A DNA stretch of 57,085 nucleotides, taken from IMG/VR virus record IMGVR_UViG_3300020603_000002, one strand, 5' to 3'. The number at the start of each line of letters is the position of its first letter. Within the stretch, counting starts at the first letter, position 1. This document shows positions 31,057 through 38,597 of the stretch, one piece after another. The position numbers were made by a program, and so were the translations under genes. The stretch is from an uncultured virus (IMG/VR IMGVR_UViG_3300020603_000002). Taxonomy: Duplodnaviria; Heunggongvirae; Uroviricota; Caudoviricetes. Under the pieces are notes generated by a model. It searched no databases. It was not told the origin of the DNA and saw only the letters and a list, made by a program, of their open reading frames with translations.

Positions 31057-31777
31057 CCATTACTCTTTCTCCTGACGGGGCGATTACTTCTTTTGATAAA
31101 TCCAATCTTGGTTCGTTACTATATAAAAATTTTCTGATGTATTTAGAATCTAATATTGGCATTGACTCCACAAACGATGATATTTTAATTCTATCTGTAT
31201 CACCATCTAAAGAAACAATATGTTTATTCAATTTTGTAGTAATAGTTGGTGCCACTCTAAAAGAGGGATAGCTGGCTAGTGTTTTACTAAGGTCTATTGT
31301 TTCACTTAGAGATAGTAGTTTTAATGTTACATTTTTTTTCGAAACAGGTAATGTAACTTCAAAAAGTCCATGTTCGTTTGGACTTGTTTCTACTTTTTTA
31401 TAATTCAATTCGTCTAAATAAACAGAGGTCGAAAAATTTTCGTTGGTTTTTGGGTCAACAACGGTAACTTTATACTCTGGCCCAAATGCGGTGTTTCTTA
31501 GAAATAAAAGTATAGCTTCTACATCTCCGTCTAATAATTCTTCTGGTCTTAAATCGTGTTCGAAAAGTTTATTTCTTAATAGGGGTAGTATTATAGTTTC
31601 ATTAACACTTCGTGTTCCATTAAAGTCCGACAGTATGTTTTCATCAACTGCCGTTAGGTATCCTACTTTTACCGATTTTTTTTTAGATTTATAATAAACT
31701 CCTTGAGTTGGTAGGTTAATAACGTCATGTGGTAGAGTTAAATTCCCATGACCTACAGTGTATTCATTTTGTTCCAT
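31007..31777 (-). CDS. Tail/baseplate hub assembly chaperone (T4 gp26-like)
   Basis: Motifs INLPTQGVYY, LTAVDENIL, LLDGDVEAILLFLRNTAFGPEY and C-terminal FGVEFFRP. Lies between the tube and tape measure genes. Confidence 0.75.
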   Translation of the reverse strand: MEQNEYTVGHGNLTLPHDVINLPTQGVYYKSKKKSVKVGYLTAVDENILSDFNGTRSVNETIILPLLRNKLFEHDLRPEELLDGDVEAILLFLRNTAFGPEYKVTVVDPKTNENFSTSVYLDELNYKKVETSPNEHGLFEVTLPVSKKNVTLKLLSLSETIDLSKTLASYPSFRVAPTITTKLNKHIVSLDGDTDRIKISSFVESMPILDSKYIRKFLYSNEPRLDLSKEVIAPSGERVMVDITFGVEFFRPFFAL

Positions 31778-31795
31778 TTTTTTTAAAAAAAAGAT

Positions 31796-31827
31796 AAAAA
31801 AAAACCGTAACTAGTAAAGTATACGGT
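31796..31827 (-). terminator. Probable intrinsic terminator after the tail tube gene
   Basis: Stem ACCGTA / TACGGT with a 12-nt loop, then a long T-run on the minus strand. Confidence 0.55.
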
Positions 31828-31851
31828 CTTTTATAATATGTATGTTTTTTA

Positions 31852-32340
31852 TTAGTAAACTAATATACATCTATCCATTTGCATTGAACAAGTAATTCCC
31901 GCAATACCATCTTGCGAATATGAAAGACTTCCTCCGTCGTAACCTAAAAGAAATGCCCCTTCTAATATCCATTTTTCAACTACAACACCTGTTGGGTCTA
32001 ACATTTCAAGATCTACATTTTTTTTGTAACCTGCAGCATATCCCATACGACCTGTAACAGACTCCGCACAGGTACGAATCCATTCCATAATTGCTTGAGA
32101 CGCAGATGGTCCAATAGGGTCTCGAAATTTAACTTGAAGTGCTTCCCATTTAAATCTACCCGCAACATATGTTTCAGTGTTTAGAAACTCTATAGCTTTT
32201 GACGTAATCGTAAGTTTTGGGCGTGAGGTACTTTCAACATACCACTCATTTATTCCAAGTGACGATGGAAATCTGAGGATCCATCGGTTTTCCCTTTTTG
32301 GTTCGTAGGGAATCGGCATTTTCATTAACAAATCAGCCAT
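31852..32340 (-). CDS. Tail tube protein (T4 gp19-like)
   Basis: YEPKRENRWILRF...RPKL...YVAGRFKW...YKKNVDLEMLDPTGVVVEKWILEGAF; 162 aa, near the sheath gene. Confidence 0.88.
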   Translation of the reverse strand: MADLLMKMPIPYEPKRENRWILRFPSSLGINEWYVESTSRPKLTITSKAIEFLNTETYVAGRFKWEALQVKFRDPIGPSASQAIMEWIRTCAESVTGRMGYAAGYKKNVDLEMLDPTGVVVEKWILEGAFLLGYDGGSLSYSQDGIAGITCSMQMDRCILVY

Positions 32341-32451
32341 GTTTTAATTTTTTTTTAATTTTGTTTTATTTTTTATTATAAATATGAAGTTTTGAAAAAT
32401 TTTCTATTTACTTCGAATTTTTTTTAAATTAATTATTATTTAGTGGTTTAA

Positions 32452-33282
32452 TTATTTAAATTTAGTTTTTTTTCCACCTCCTGTATGATAAATATCTAAT
32501 CCTGATTCATCATCAAAATTTCTTTTCATCGCTCGAACGTTTTTTAAATCATCATCTGAAAATCCAATATATGGAGTAAAGTGATTACTTATTTTGTTCT
32601 TCAGATAAGCCTTTTCTTGTAGTCTTTGAGATAGTGTCCTAATATACTCCATAAACTGTTTCATCGCACTTACTTTAAGTTCTTCAGGATTCGCAGCAGA
32701 ACCCTCACCGAAAGTGACAGGATGATACTTACACATTTCTAAATAAGATTGGATCAATTCTTCATCGGACAAATCTTCCTCATCATTTATTTCACGATAT
32801 TTTCGAAGATTTTTTACTAACTTATCTTTATCTAATCCATGTTTATTTTTTTTTATAAGTTGATATATTGTAGTTTTAAATATACTTGGTGTGTGTCCTC
32901 TTGCGGTAATTATTGAAAAAATTGATCCGTTATTTACTGCCTCCACAAAATCGGGCCAAGCAGGACCTACAGGTGAATTCATAGAATCAATCAAAAATTG
33001 ATCATCATATGTTACACCAAACTCTATGTAATCATCTTTTGCCGTACCGATTATAGTATGTCCTTTATAATTAAAAGGTTTTTTTCCTACAATTTCTCTA
33101 TATTTAGCAAAATCTTTTGTGGTCATACCAACAACATTTCCTTCATCATCCTTTAGACGGATAAAAGTTGGCATATACATTAAATTATCATCCCAGTCAA
33201 ACGCATAATATTTCATTGTTGGTGTCAGTTGGTCTTGTATTATTTCTGATATAATACCTCTTACTAATTTTTTATAGTCCAT
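32452..33282 (-). CDS. HAD-superfamily phosphatase-like protein
   Basis: Motif I FDWDDN, motif II IITARGH, a motif III Lys (ELKV) and motif IV GFSDDD. Confidence 0.65.
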   Translation of the reverse strand: MDYKKLVRGIISEIIQDQLTPTMKYYAFDWDDNLMYMPTFIRLKDDEGNVVGMTTKDFAKYREIVGKKPFNYKGHTIIGTAKDDYIEFGVTYDDQFLIDSMNSPVGPAWPDFVEAVNNGSIFSIITARGHTPSIFKTTIYQLIKKNKHGLDKDKLVKNLRKYREINDEEDLSDEELIQSYLEMCKYHPVTFGEGSAANPEELKVSAMKQFMEYIRTLSQRLQEKAYLKNKISNHFTPYIGFSDDDLKNVRAMKRNFDDESGLDIYHTGGGKKTKFK

Positions 33283-33304
33283 AATAATAAATATTCTATA
33301 AATA

Positions 33305-33333
33305 AAAAAAAGGGGAACTAATGTCCCCCTTTC
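33305..33333 (-). terminator. Intrinsic terminator after the tail sheath gene
   Basis: Minus strand AAAGGGGGAC-ATTA-GTTCCCCTTT followed by a T-run. Confidence 0.8.
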
Positions 33334-33349
33334 ATTTTAATTAACCACA

Positions 33350-36300
33350 CTAAATGTTTTCGAAAGATGCTCCTGTTGGAGTAATATAGAATGTAATGTC
33401 AATGAATTCGAGAGACCTTGTTGGTTTGATGTAAATTTTTCCTGTTAATTGGTTTCTATCAATATCTTCAGGATCGCTTGAAACTGTAACTCTGAAGTCA
33501 AATAAACCTCGATCTCTTCTAATTGAGTCTAAAATTGGATTAACTGCGTTTAGGAAGTCTTGTCTAACTTGTGCGTCGTTCTGTTCGAACAATAATCGTA
33601 CTGAAACCGCTGAAATTAACTTACGTGCTTGTAACAATAATCTTCTAACATTGATTCTATCAAGAGCGGATTCTCGTAATTGTAGTGTTTTGTTACCCCA
33701 TATTACAGTTCCTACGTCAGAATAAGTTGCAATTGGATTAATTCTACCAACATATAAAATGTCTCTATCCTCTTGAGTCAATTTTTTACGAGCTTTGATA
33801 CAATTAACTATACCTCTAGTATATCCTGCTGCCGCAAACCATGGAAAGGCAATATTATCTGTTAAGGCTAAGTTTCTTGTTACTTCAGCTGTTGGTGGGA
33901 TATAAATTTGAGTGTTATTTACACTATCTCTTGTCAATACCCACGGATAATAAGTTGCCGTATAGTTTGAATCAATTCCTGTATTTTCTAAATTATCAAC
34001 CGCTTCTGTTGGGTAAATGAAACCGTCGATACCAGTTACAGTTGGTAAATATAAATCATAATCGGGCGTTGTACATACATACAAAGAATCCGCTCTGTTA
34101 AATTCTATCATTTGAACTGCATCCTCAACTAAGTTACTATTATTTAAATAATCAATACCGGGTGTCACAAAAAGATTTATATTTACTGCTTCAGGATTCG
34201 AAAAAGTTTGTTGTCCTAATAAGTATGCGTAGTAGTCGGTGTTTGCAAAATTCTGAGTTCCATCTCCCAAAGAAATTTCTTTAAAAGCTCCCCAACCCGT
34301 CGCGTTAGGGTATCTACTCGATGGACAAGCTCCTCGTAGATAACCGGCTCTACCAATTTGAAATCTATCTTCGTTTGTTCTGTATTCTCTATATATATCC
34401 CACCCATCAAATCCACCTTGTACTAAGAATGTGAATTTACGTGCGAATAATCTATAATATGTATTTGTTGGTAATTCAGGTTCAGTTATGAAAGCAGAGT
34501 TACCACAGACAAATCTTGGAGACCCACTTGTTGAAAATTCAGGACCAAGTGTTAAACCACTTGCATTTATGTCCATGTGGAAACCTGCAGATCTGTAATT
34601 GAACGGAAGACCATCAATATCACAAGAATTTAAAGGATTTCGCTTACCAACATGTTCGAAAAATGCAGGATCCCAACCTAGATTATTAGAAATACCTAAG
34701 TAAGTTCTTCTCACGTTGTCTCCTGGACTTACCAACGAATCGTCATTACCTGAAGATAAACCAAATGGTGGATTGTAAATTACCTCACCAGGGAAGTCAT
34801 ATTTACCTTTGATAATTGGGAAAGGTGATTTTGCGCCTGCATAATTTCTAAAGTTAAACCCGTTAAATCCGCAAGGAAGTGCGTCAATTGGAGCGTCTTC
34901 ATTCATTTCAACCATTACATATTTTGAATTCAAAATGTATTCCCCATCAAGAGTACCAATTTTATTTGCAATAAAGTTGTTCTGTCCAGGATCCATTGTA
35001 CAATTTGTAAATTTTTCTAAAACTACAGGGTTTGCATCGGTATCAAAATAGTCACGAATTAACACATCAAATGTTAAATTATTATAGGTTTGATTGATCA
35101 ACGATATTTTAATCAAAGTGTTTGCCGCATCACCATCAGAAATTGTATAAAATCTAAATAAATCGTAAACTTTGTTACCACGTAATTCAGAAACAACATA
35201 TGGAGAAACTGGTGTTTGCCATCTATCTAAATACCAACCAATCGAATTAGGGTCTCCACTTTGAGCAGAGTCTAACTCTATAAAATTGGGGTTAAGGCCT
35301 CGTATATAACCCTTTCTCCAAGAATAATTTAACCACGATTGGAAAACTTCTTCATTGAACAAAGGAACTTCGATTCTTGGTTTTTGAAAATTAGAAATCC
35401 CAAATACTTTACTAATATATTCAGGATCGTTTTGTGATAAAGATGTTTCGAATGAAAAATTTGTTCCGAATTTGTCTGTACAATTGACTGCGAATGTTAA
35501 ATAGGGATTTTTAAGAACCCCTATATATTTACCTGTCATATCCAAACTAGCGTCCGTAATTCCTGTTACTGAATAAAGTGGATTTGTATCTGTGGTGTAA
35601 GTTGAAATACCTCTTGACCTTAATGTCGCAACAACAACATTGTCGTAATCAACGTAAGACGTTCCTGTAAAGTAGTATATTTTACCAACAATAGTTCCCG
35701 CATAACATTGTATATTCACAGGAGTTGGGGTTGGTGTTGGTGATACAAAAGGAGAGGGAGTTATACATGGATTTACCGCAGATGGTGTTGGTGTTGGTGA
35801 TGCACTCGCCTGTGGTGTTGGTGTTGGGAAAGGAAAATATGCTGTTAAACCAGAAATTAAAGTAGAGAACGAAAAACCAGTATAGTTGGTATTGCCCATG
35901 TTATTAAACAAAGAGTAATACCATGAATCGTTAAACGATGACTCCAAATTAGTATCATCCAATGACACTGAAGGAACTTCGAAAACATTTGTTTCTGCCG
36001 TCCAACCAGCCCCATTTAAAATATTATAATCACCAGTATCAATTGATCCAAAATAAGCAATTTGTTCATCCTCAGCCAAATATGGGTTATTACTTGTAAT
36101 TACATTGAAAATTAAATTATTGATTTGAGTTTCCAATGTTGAAGTATCCCCATTGAATTCTTCATACTGTTCTGTGAGAATCGATTGAATTTCGTAAGGA
36201 AAATTTGCTTGAAAGCCAATAGTCGAAGTTGAGTTAGTGCAAGCCGTAAAAGGTACTGAAAACACTAACTCTTTAGGTATAACACAAACATTTTCACAGG

Positions 36301-36700
36301 TATTGAAGTTAGTGATAGAACTCAAGCACCAAATACCTATTGTGGATGGATCAACATTAGCCGAAGTTGTGATCGACCAAGATGGTCCAGCATCGTAACC
36401 TGATAACCCTAAAATTCGTGTTACAAATAATTGGTTTGATTGTTGTAGATATGCTTTTGCAATATATGATGCCTCAAATTTTGGAATTTGTGTATTTACA
36501 AATTTTTCAGGTGAAGTCCCTCCGAATACTGTTTGGAATTCATTGAAATTTGTTATGAAAATAGGTTCGAATGCTGGACCTATTAAAGTTTCACCTACTA
36601 TACCTAATGTAGTTACTCCCACACTTTGAGATACGAAACTCAAATCAACTTCAGAAGTATATACTCCAGGTGAAACGAAAACTTTACTGTTTGTTGGCAT
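33350..36700 (-). CDS. Tail sheath protein (T4 gp18-like), enlarged
   Basis: N-terminal VSPGVYTSEVDLS and GETLIGPAFEP; C-terminal YYPWV, PWFAAAGYTRG, INPI, IWGNKTLQ, LDRINVRRLL, LFEQND and IKPTRSLEFIDITF. Confidence 0.93.
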   Translation of the reverse strand: MPTNSKVFVSPGVYTSEVDLSFVSQSVGVTTLGIVGETLIGPAFEPIFITNFNEFQTVFGGTSPEKFVNTQIPKFEASYIAKAYLQQSNQLFVTRILGLSGYDAGPSWSITTSANVDPSTIGIWCLSSITNFNTCENVCVIPKELVFSVPFTACTNSTSTIGFQANFPYEIQSILTEQYEEFNGDTSTLETQINNLIFNVITSNNPYLAEDEQIAYFGSIDTGDYNILNGAGWTAETNVFEVPSVSLDDTNLESSFNDSWYYSLFNNMGNTNYTGFSFSTLISGLTAYFPFPTPTPQASASPTPTPSAVNPCITPSPFVSPTPTPTPVNIQCYAGTIVGKIYYFTGTSYVDYDNVVVATLRSRGISTYTTDTNPLYSVTGITDASLDMTGKYIGVLKNPYLTFAVNCTDKFGTNFSFETSLSQNDPEYISKVFGISNFQKPRIEVPLFNEEVFQSWLNYSWRKGYIRGLNPNFIELDSAQSGDPNSIGWYLDRWQTPVSPYVVSELRGNKVYDLFRFYTISDGDAANTLIKISLINQTYNNLTFDVLIRDYFDTDANPVVLEKFTNCTMDPGQNNFIANKIGTLDGEYILNSKYVMVEMNEDAPIDALPCGFNGFNFRNYAGAKSPFPIIKGKYDFPGEVIYNPPFGLSSGNDDSLVSPGDNVRRTYLGISNNLGWDPAFFEHVGKRNPLNSCDIDGLPFNYRSAGFHMDINASGLTLGPEFSTSGSPRFVCGNSAFITEPELPTNTYYRLFARKFTFLVQGGFDGWDIYREYRTNEDRFQIGRAGYLRGACPSSRYPNATGWGAFKEISLGDGTQNFANTDYYAYLLGQQTFSNPEAVNINLFVTPGIDYLNNSNLVEDAVQMIEFNRADSLYVCTTPDYDLYLPTVTGIDGFIYPTEAVDNLENTGIDSNYTATYYPWVLTRDSVNNTQIYIPPTAEVTRNLALTDNIAFPWFAAAGYTRGIVNCIKARKKLTQEDRDILYVGRINPIATYSDVGTVIWGNKTLQLRESALDRINVRRLLLQARKLISAVSVRLLFEQNDAQVRQDFLNAVNPILDSIRRDRGLFDFRVTVSSDPEDIDRNQLTGKIYIKPTRSLEFIDITFYITPTGASFENI

Positions 36701-36731
36701 TTTTGAAAAGTCTTTATTTATTTATTTTTAC

Positions 36732-36739
36732 TATAAATA
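36732..36739 (-). promoter_or_regulatory. TATTTATA motif upstream of the tail sheath gene (representative of a recurring putative late promoter)
   Basis: The same motif occurs in the coding orientation upstream of about 18 genes (see findings). Confidence 0.55.
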
Positions 36740-36823
36740 TTGCAATTTTTTGTAAAAACTTTACATTGATCAAAATATTTATACTTTGGTAGGATTTTAT
36801 TCTGCCTTTATTCTACCTATGTT

Positions 36824-36985
36824 ATGAAAGATCCGAAGAAAATAAAAAATCTTAAAATAGATGCAGAAGTTCACAATGTGTTAAAAAAATATTGTGATAA
36901 ACGAGGTGTTAAAATGTATAAATTTTTGGAAAATTTAATTTTAGAAAAATGTAAAGAAAAAAAAGATATTTACGGAGAATTTTAA
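36824..36985 (+). CDS. Small ribbon-helix-helix DNA-binding protein (53 aa; not in the ORF track)
   Basis: ATG 36824 to TAA 36985 encodes MKDPKKIKNLKIDAEVHNVLKKYCDKRGVKMYKFLENLILEKCKEKKDIYGEF, a beta-strand / helix / G turn / helix pattern as in the CopG/Arc family. Confidence 0.75.
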   Translation: MKDPKKIKNLKIDAEVHNVLKKYCDKRGVKMYKFLENLILEKCKEKKDIYGEF

Positions 36986-38025
36986 ATTAAAATTTGTACA
37001 AAAGATATTTCAGATTCCAATCCAAGATTTAATTTAGTAACATCAATTTTTAAAGTGTCATCCGTATTAATCTGAATTAATGTAACGTCGTCACCATAGT
37101 ACTGATCATTAATATATACTGAATAACTTATAATGTTAACTGTGTTTTGAAAATTCAAATTACATGTATATTCAAAAAAATATTCTCGTGATAAGTTTCC
37201 TATAGGATAGTTAAGTGTTATTATTTGTGGTTGAACAGGATCTTGTTTTTTTTGGGGTCTTTTTATTGGTCTTTGATCTACTTCATACATTTGGATAGTT
37301 CTTGATATCGCAGGACTGACCTCAAATTTATTTTCATCGATTAAAAACCCCATCATTGTAAAATCATACTTTTGAATATAGTATTTTCTTTTTTCTAAAT
37401 CCATTACAGACTCGTCCGTGAATGAATCATTAATAATTGGAATATAATGTCCGTTTATTGTTTGATACGCTTGTCTTGAAGCAAAAGTTTCCATTACTCT
37501 TTGATTTAATGTATTAACCTCTCTCATTCTATTACAAACTATTGCAACTGAGTATTTTAAATCGATAGGAAGTGGTTGTGGTATTTTATAAATGTCAGAT
37601 CCTACAACATTTCCATTCCATGTTGGTACTTGCATATAATAATACATTCTTCTATTAGGAATACCATACATCACCGCAGGGTTGTTTCCGTATTTAACTT
37701 CAGGGTTTCTAATAACCGTAATAAAGGGTGGTTCTAAGTTCTTATCGATATTTTGTAAGTCCCATGTTTCAACAAACTGAGACCAATTTTGAGTTGTTAC
37801 TAATATATCAACAACAGGTATATTAATTCCTTCAGAAACAATTTTGAATTTTTCTTTTACAAAATCCAAAAATCCACGATCCAAATCTGTATGAAGAAGC
37901 GATTTAGGAAGATAAGTTCCATCTTTGGTAATCATATCTTTGATTTGTTCCCTTCTTGGTAAAAGAGTTTTTGGGTAAGTCAAAGGTAATGTAGGTTTAA
38001 CAGGTCCTTTCTTTGGTATTGCCAT
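36982..38025 (-). CDS. Probable tail completion/terminator protein (T4 gp15-like)
   Basis: Lies between the head-closure and sheath genes. PLPIDLKYSVAIV...MREVNTLNQRV pattern. Confidence 0.55.
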   Translation of the reverse strand: MAIPKKGPVKPTLPLTYPKTLLPRREQIKDMITKDGTYLPKSLLHTDLDRGFLDFVKEKFKIVSEGINIPVVDILVTTQNWSQFVETWDLQNIDKNLEPPFITVIRNPEVKYGNNPAVMYGIPNRRMYYYMQVPTWNGNVVGSDIYKIPQPLPIDLKYSVAIVCNRMREVNTLNQRVMETFASRQAYQTINGHYIPIINDSFTDESVMDLEKRKYYIQKYDFTMMGFLIDENKFEVSPAISRTIQMYEVDQRPIKRPQKKQDPVQPQIITLNYPIGNLSREYFFEYTCNLNFQNTVNIISYSVYINDQYYGDDVTLIQINTDDTLKIDVTKLNLGLESEISFVQILI

Positions 38026-38540
38026 TATAATCCTCTAAATTCATTTGGTCCAACAGGAGCCGCGATTATGGTCTTGAAAAAAGGTTTGAACCCTTTATAC
38101 GTATGTTTTGTATCAGATACAACTCGACCATCATTAACAACCGTATAATAACGAACAAAATTTTCACTATCGTAATAACCAACGTAGTCTCCAAAATCAA
38201 TATCTATTTGTAAATCTTGTAAAGTTTTCAAATAAACCGATATTGTAATGTTTCCTGGCTCAACCTGATCCATTTTTGTTGATGTCCCAATAAATTTGTT
38301 TTCGGGGGCTGCGATAGTTACTTGAGCATTAAACTCAACGGGGGGTAAAAATTTTATTCCGTCACTAACAACTTCACCATAAACATCATCGGTTTTAATT
38401 TTGTTTGTATCAATTTTATATAAAACACAAGTGTAATTCATGTCACCAATTAACCACTCTTGACCCATACCAATCTCAAGTTCAAAGTCTTTATCTCCAA
38501 AAAATTTACCAAGTCTTGTTATTGGAACATTACTCTTCAT
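38025..38540 (-). CDS. Probable neck/head closure protein (T4 gp14-like)
   Basis: LYKID...DDVYGE...KFLPPVEF...DIDFGDY pattern, adjacent to the gp15-like gene. Confidence 0.6.
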   Translation of the reverse strand: MKSNVPITRLGKFFGDKDFELEIGMGQEWLIGDMNYTCVLYKIDTNKIKTDDVYGEVVSDGIKFLPPVEFNAQVTIAAPENKFIGTSTKMDQVEPGNITISVYLKTLQDLQIDIDFGDYVGYYDSENFVRYYTVVNDGRVVSDTKHTYKGFKPFFKTIIAAPVGPNEFRGL

Positions 38541-38555
38541 TATATTGTTTTATTG

Positions 38556-38567
38556 ATAAATATTTAT
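38556..38567. promoter_or_regulatory. Palindromic ATAAATATTTAT giving a TATTTAT motif on both strands between divergent genes
   Basis: Sits in the short gap between the gp14-like gene (minus) and the SNF2 helicase (plus). Confidence 0.45.
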
Positions 38568-38597
38568 TTTATTGTTATTTTTAGTAAAAGACTTGGA

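Noticed and set aside
1..38540. Bacterial contractile injection system/tailocin, or a giant eukaryotic virus
   Set aside because: Tail genes are interleaved with neck genes and a phage-type replication set (gp32-like SSB, UvsX, helicase, PolB), which indicates a tailed phage.
38460..38597. Track start of the SNF2 helicase at 38460
   Set aside because: Overlaps the divergent gp14-like gene and the shared AT-rich intergenic motif. TTG 38598 is more plausible.
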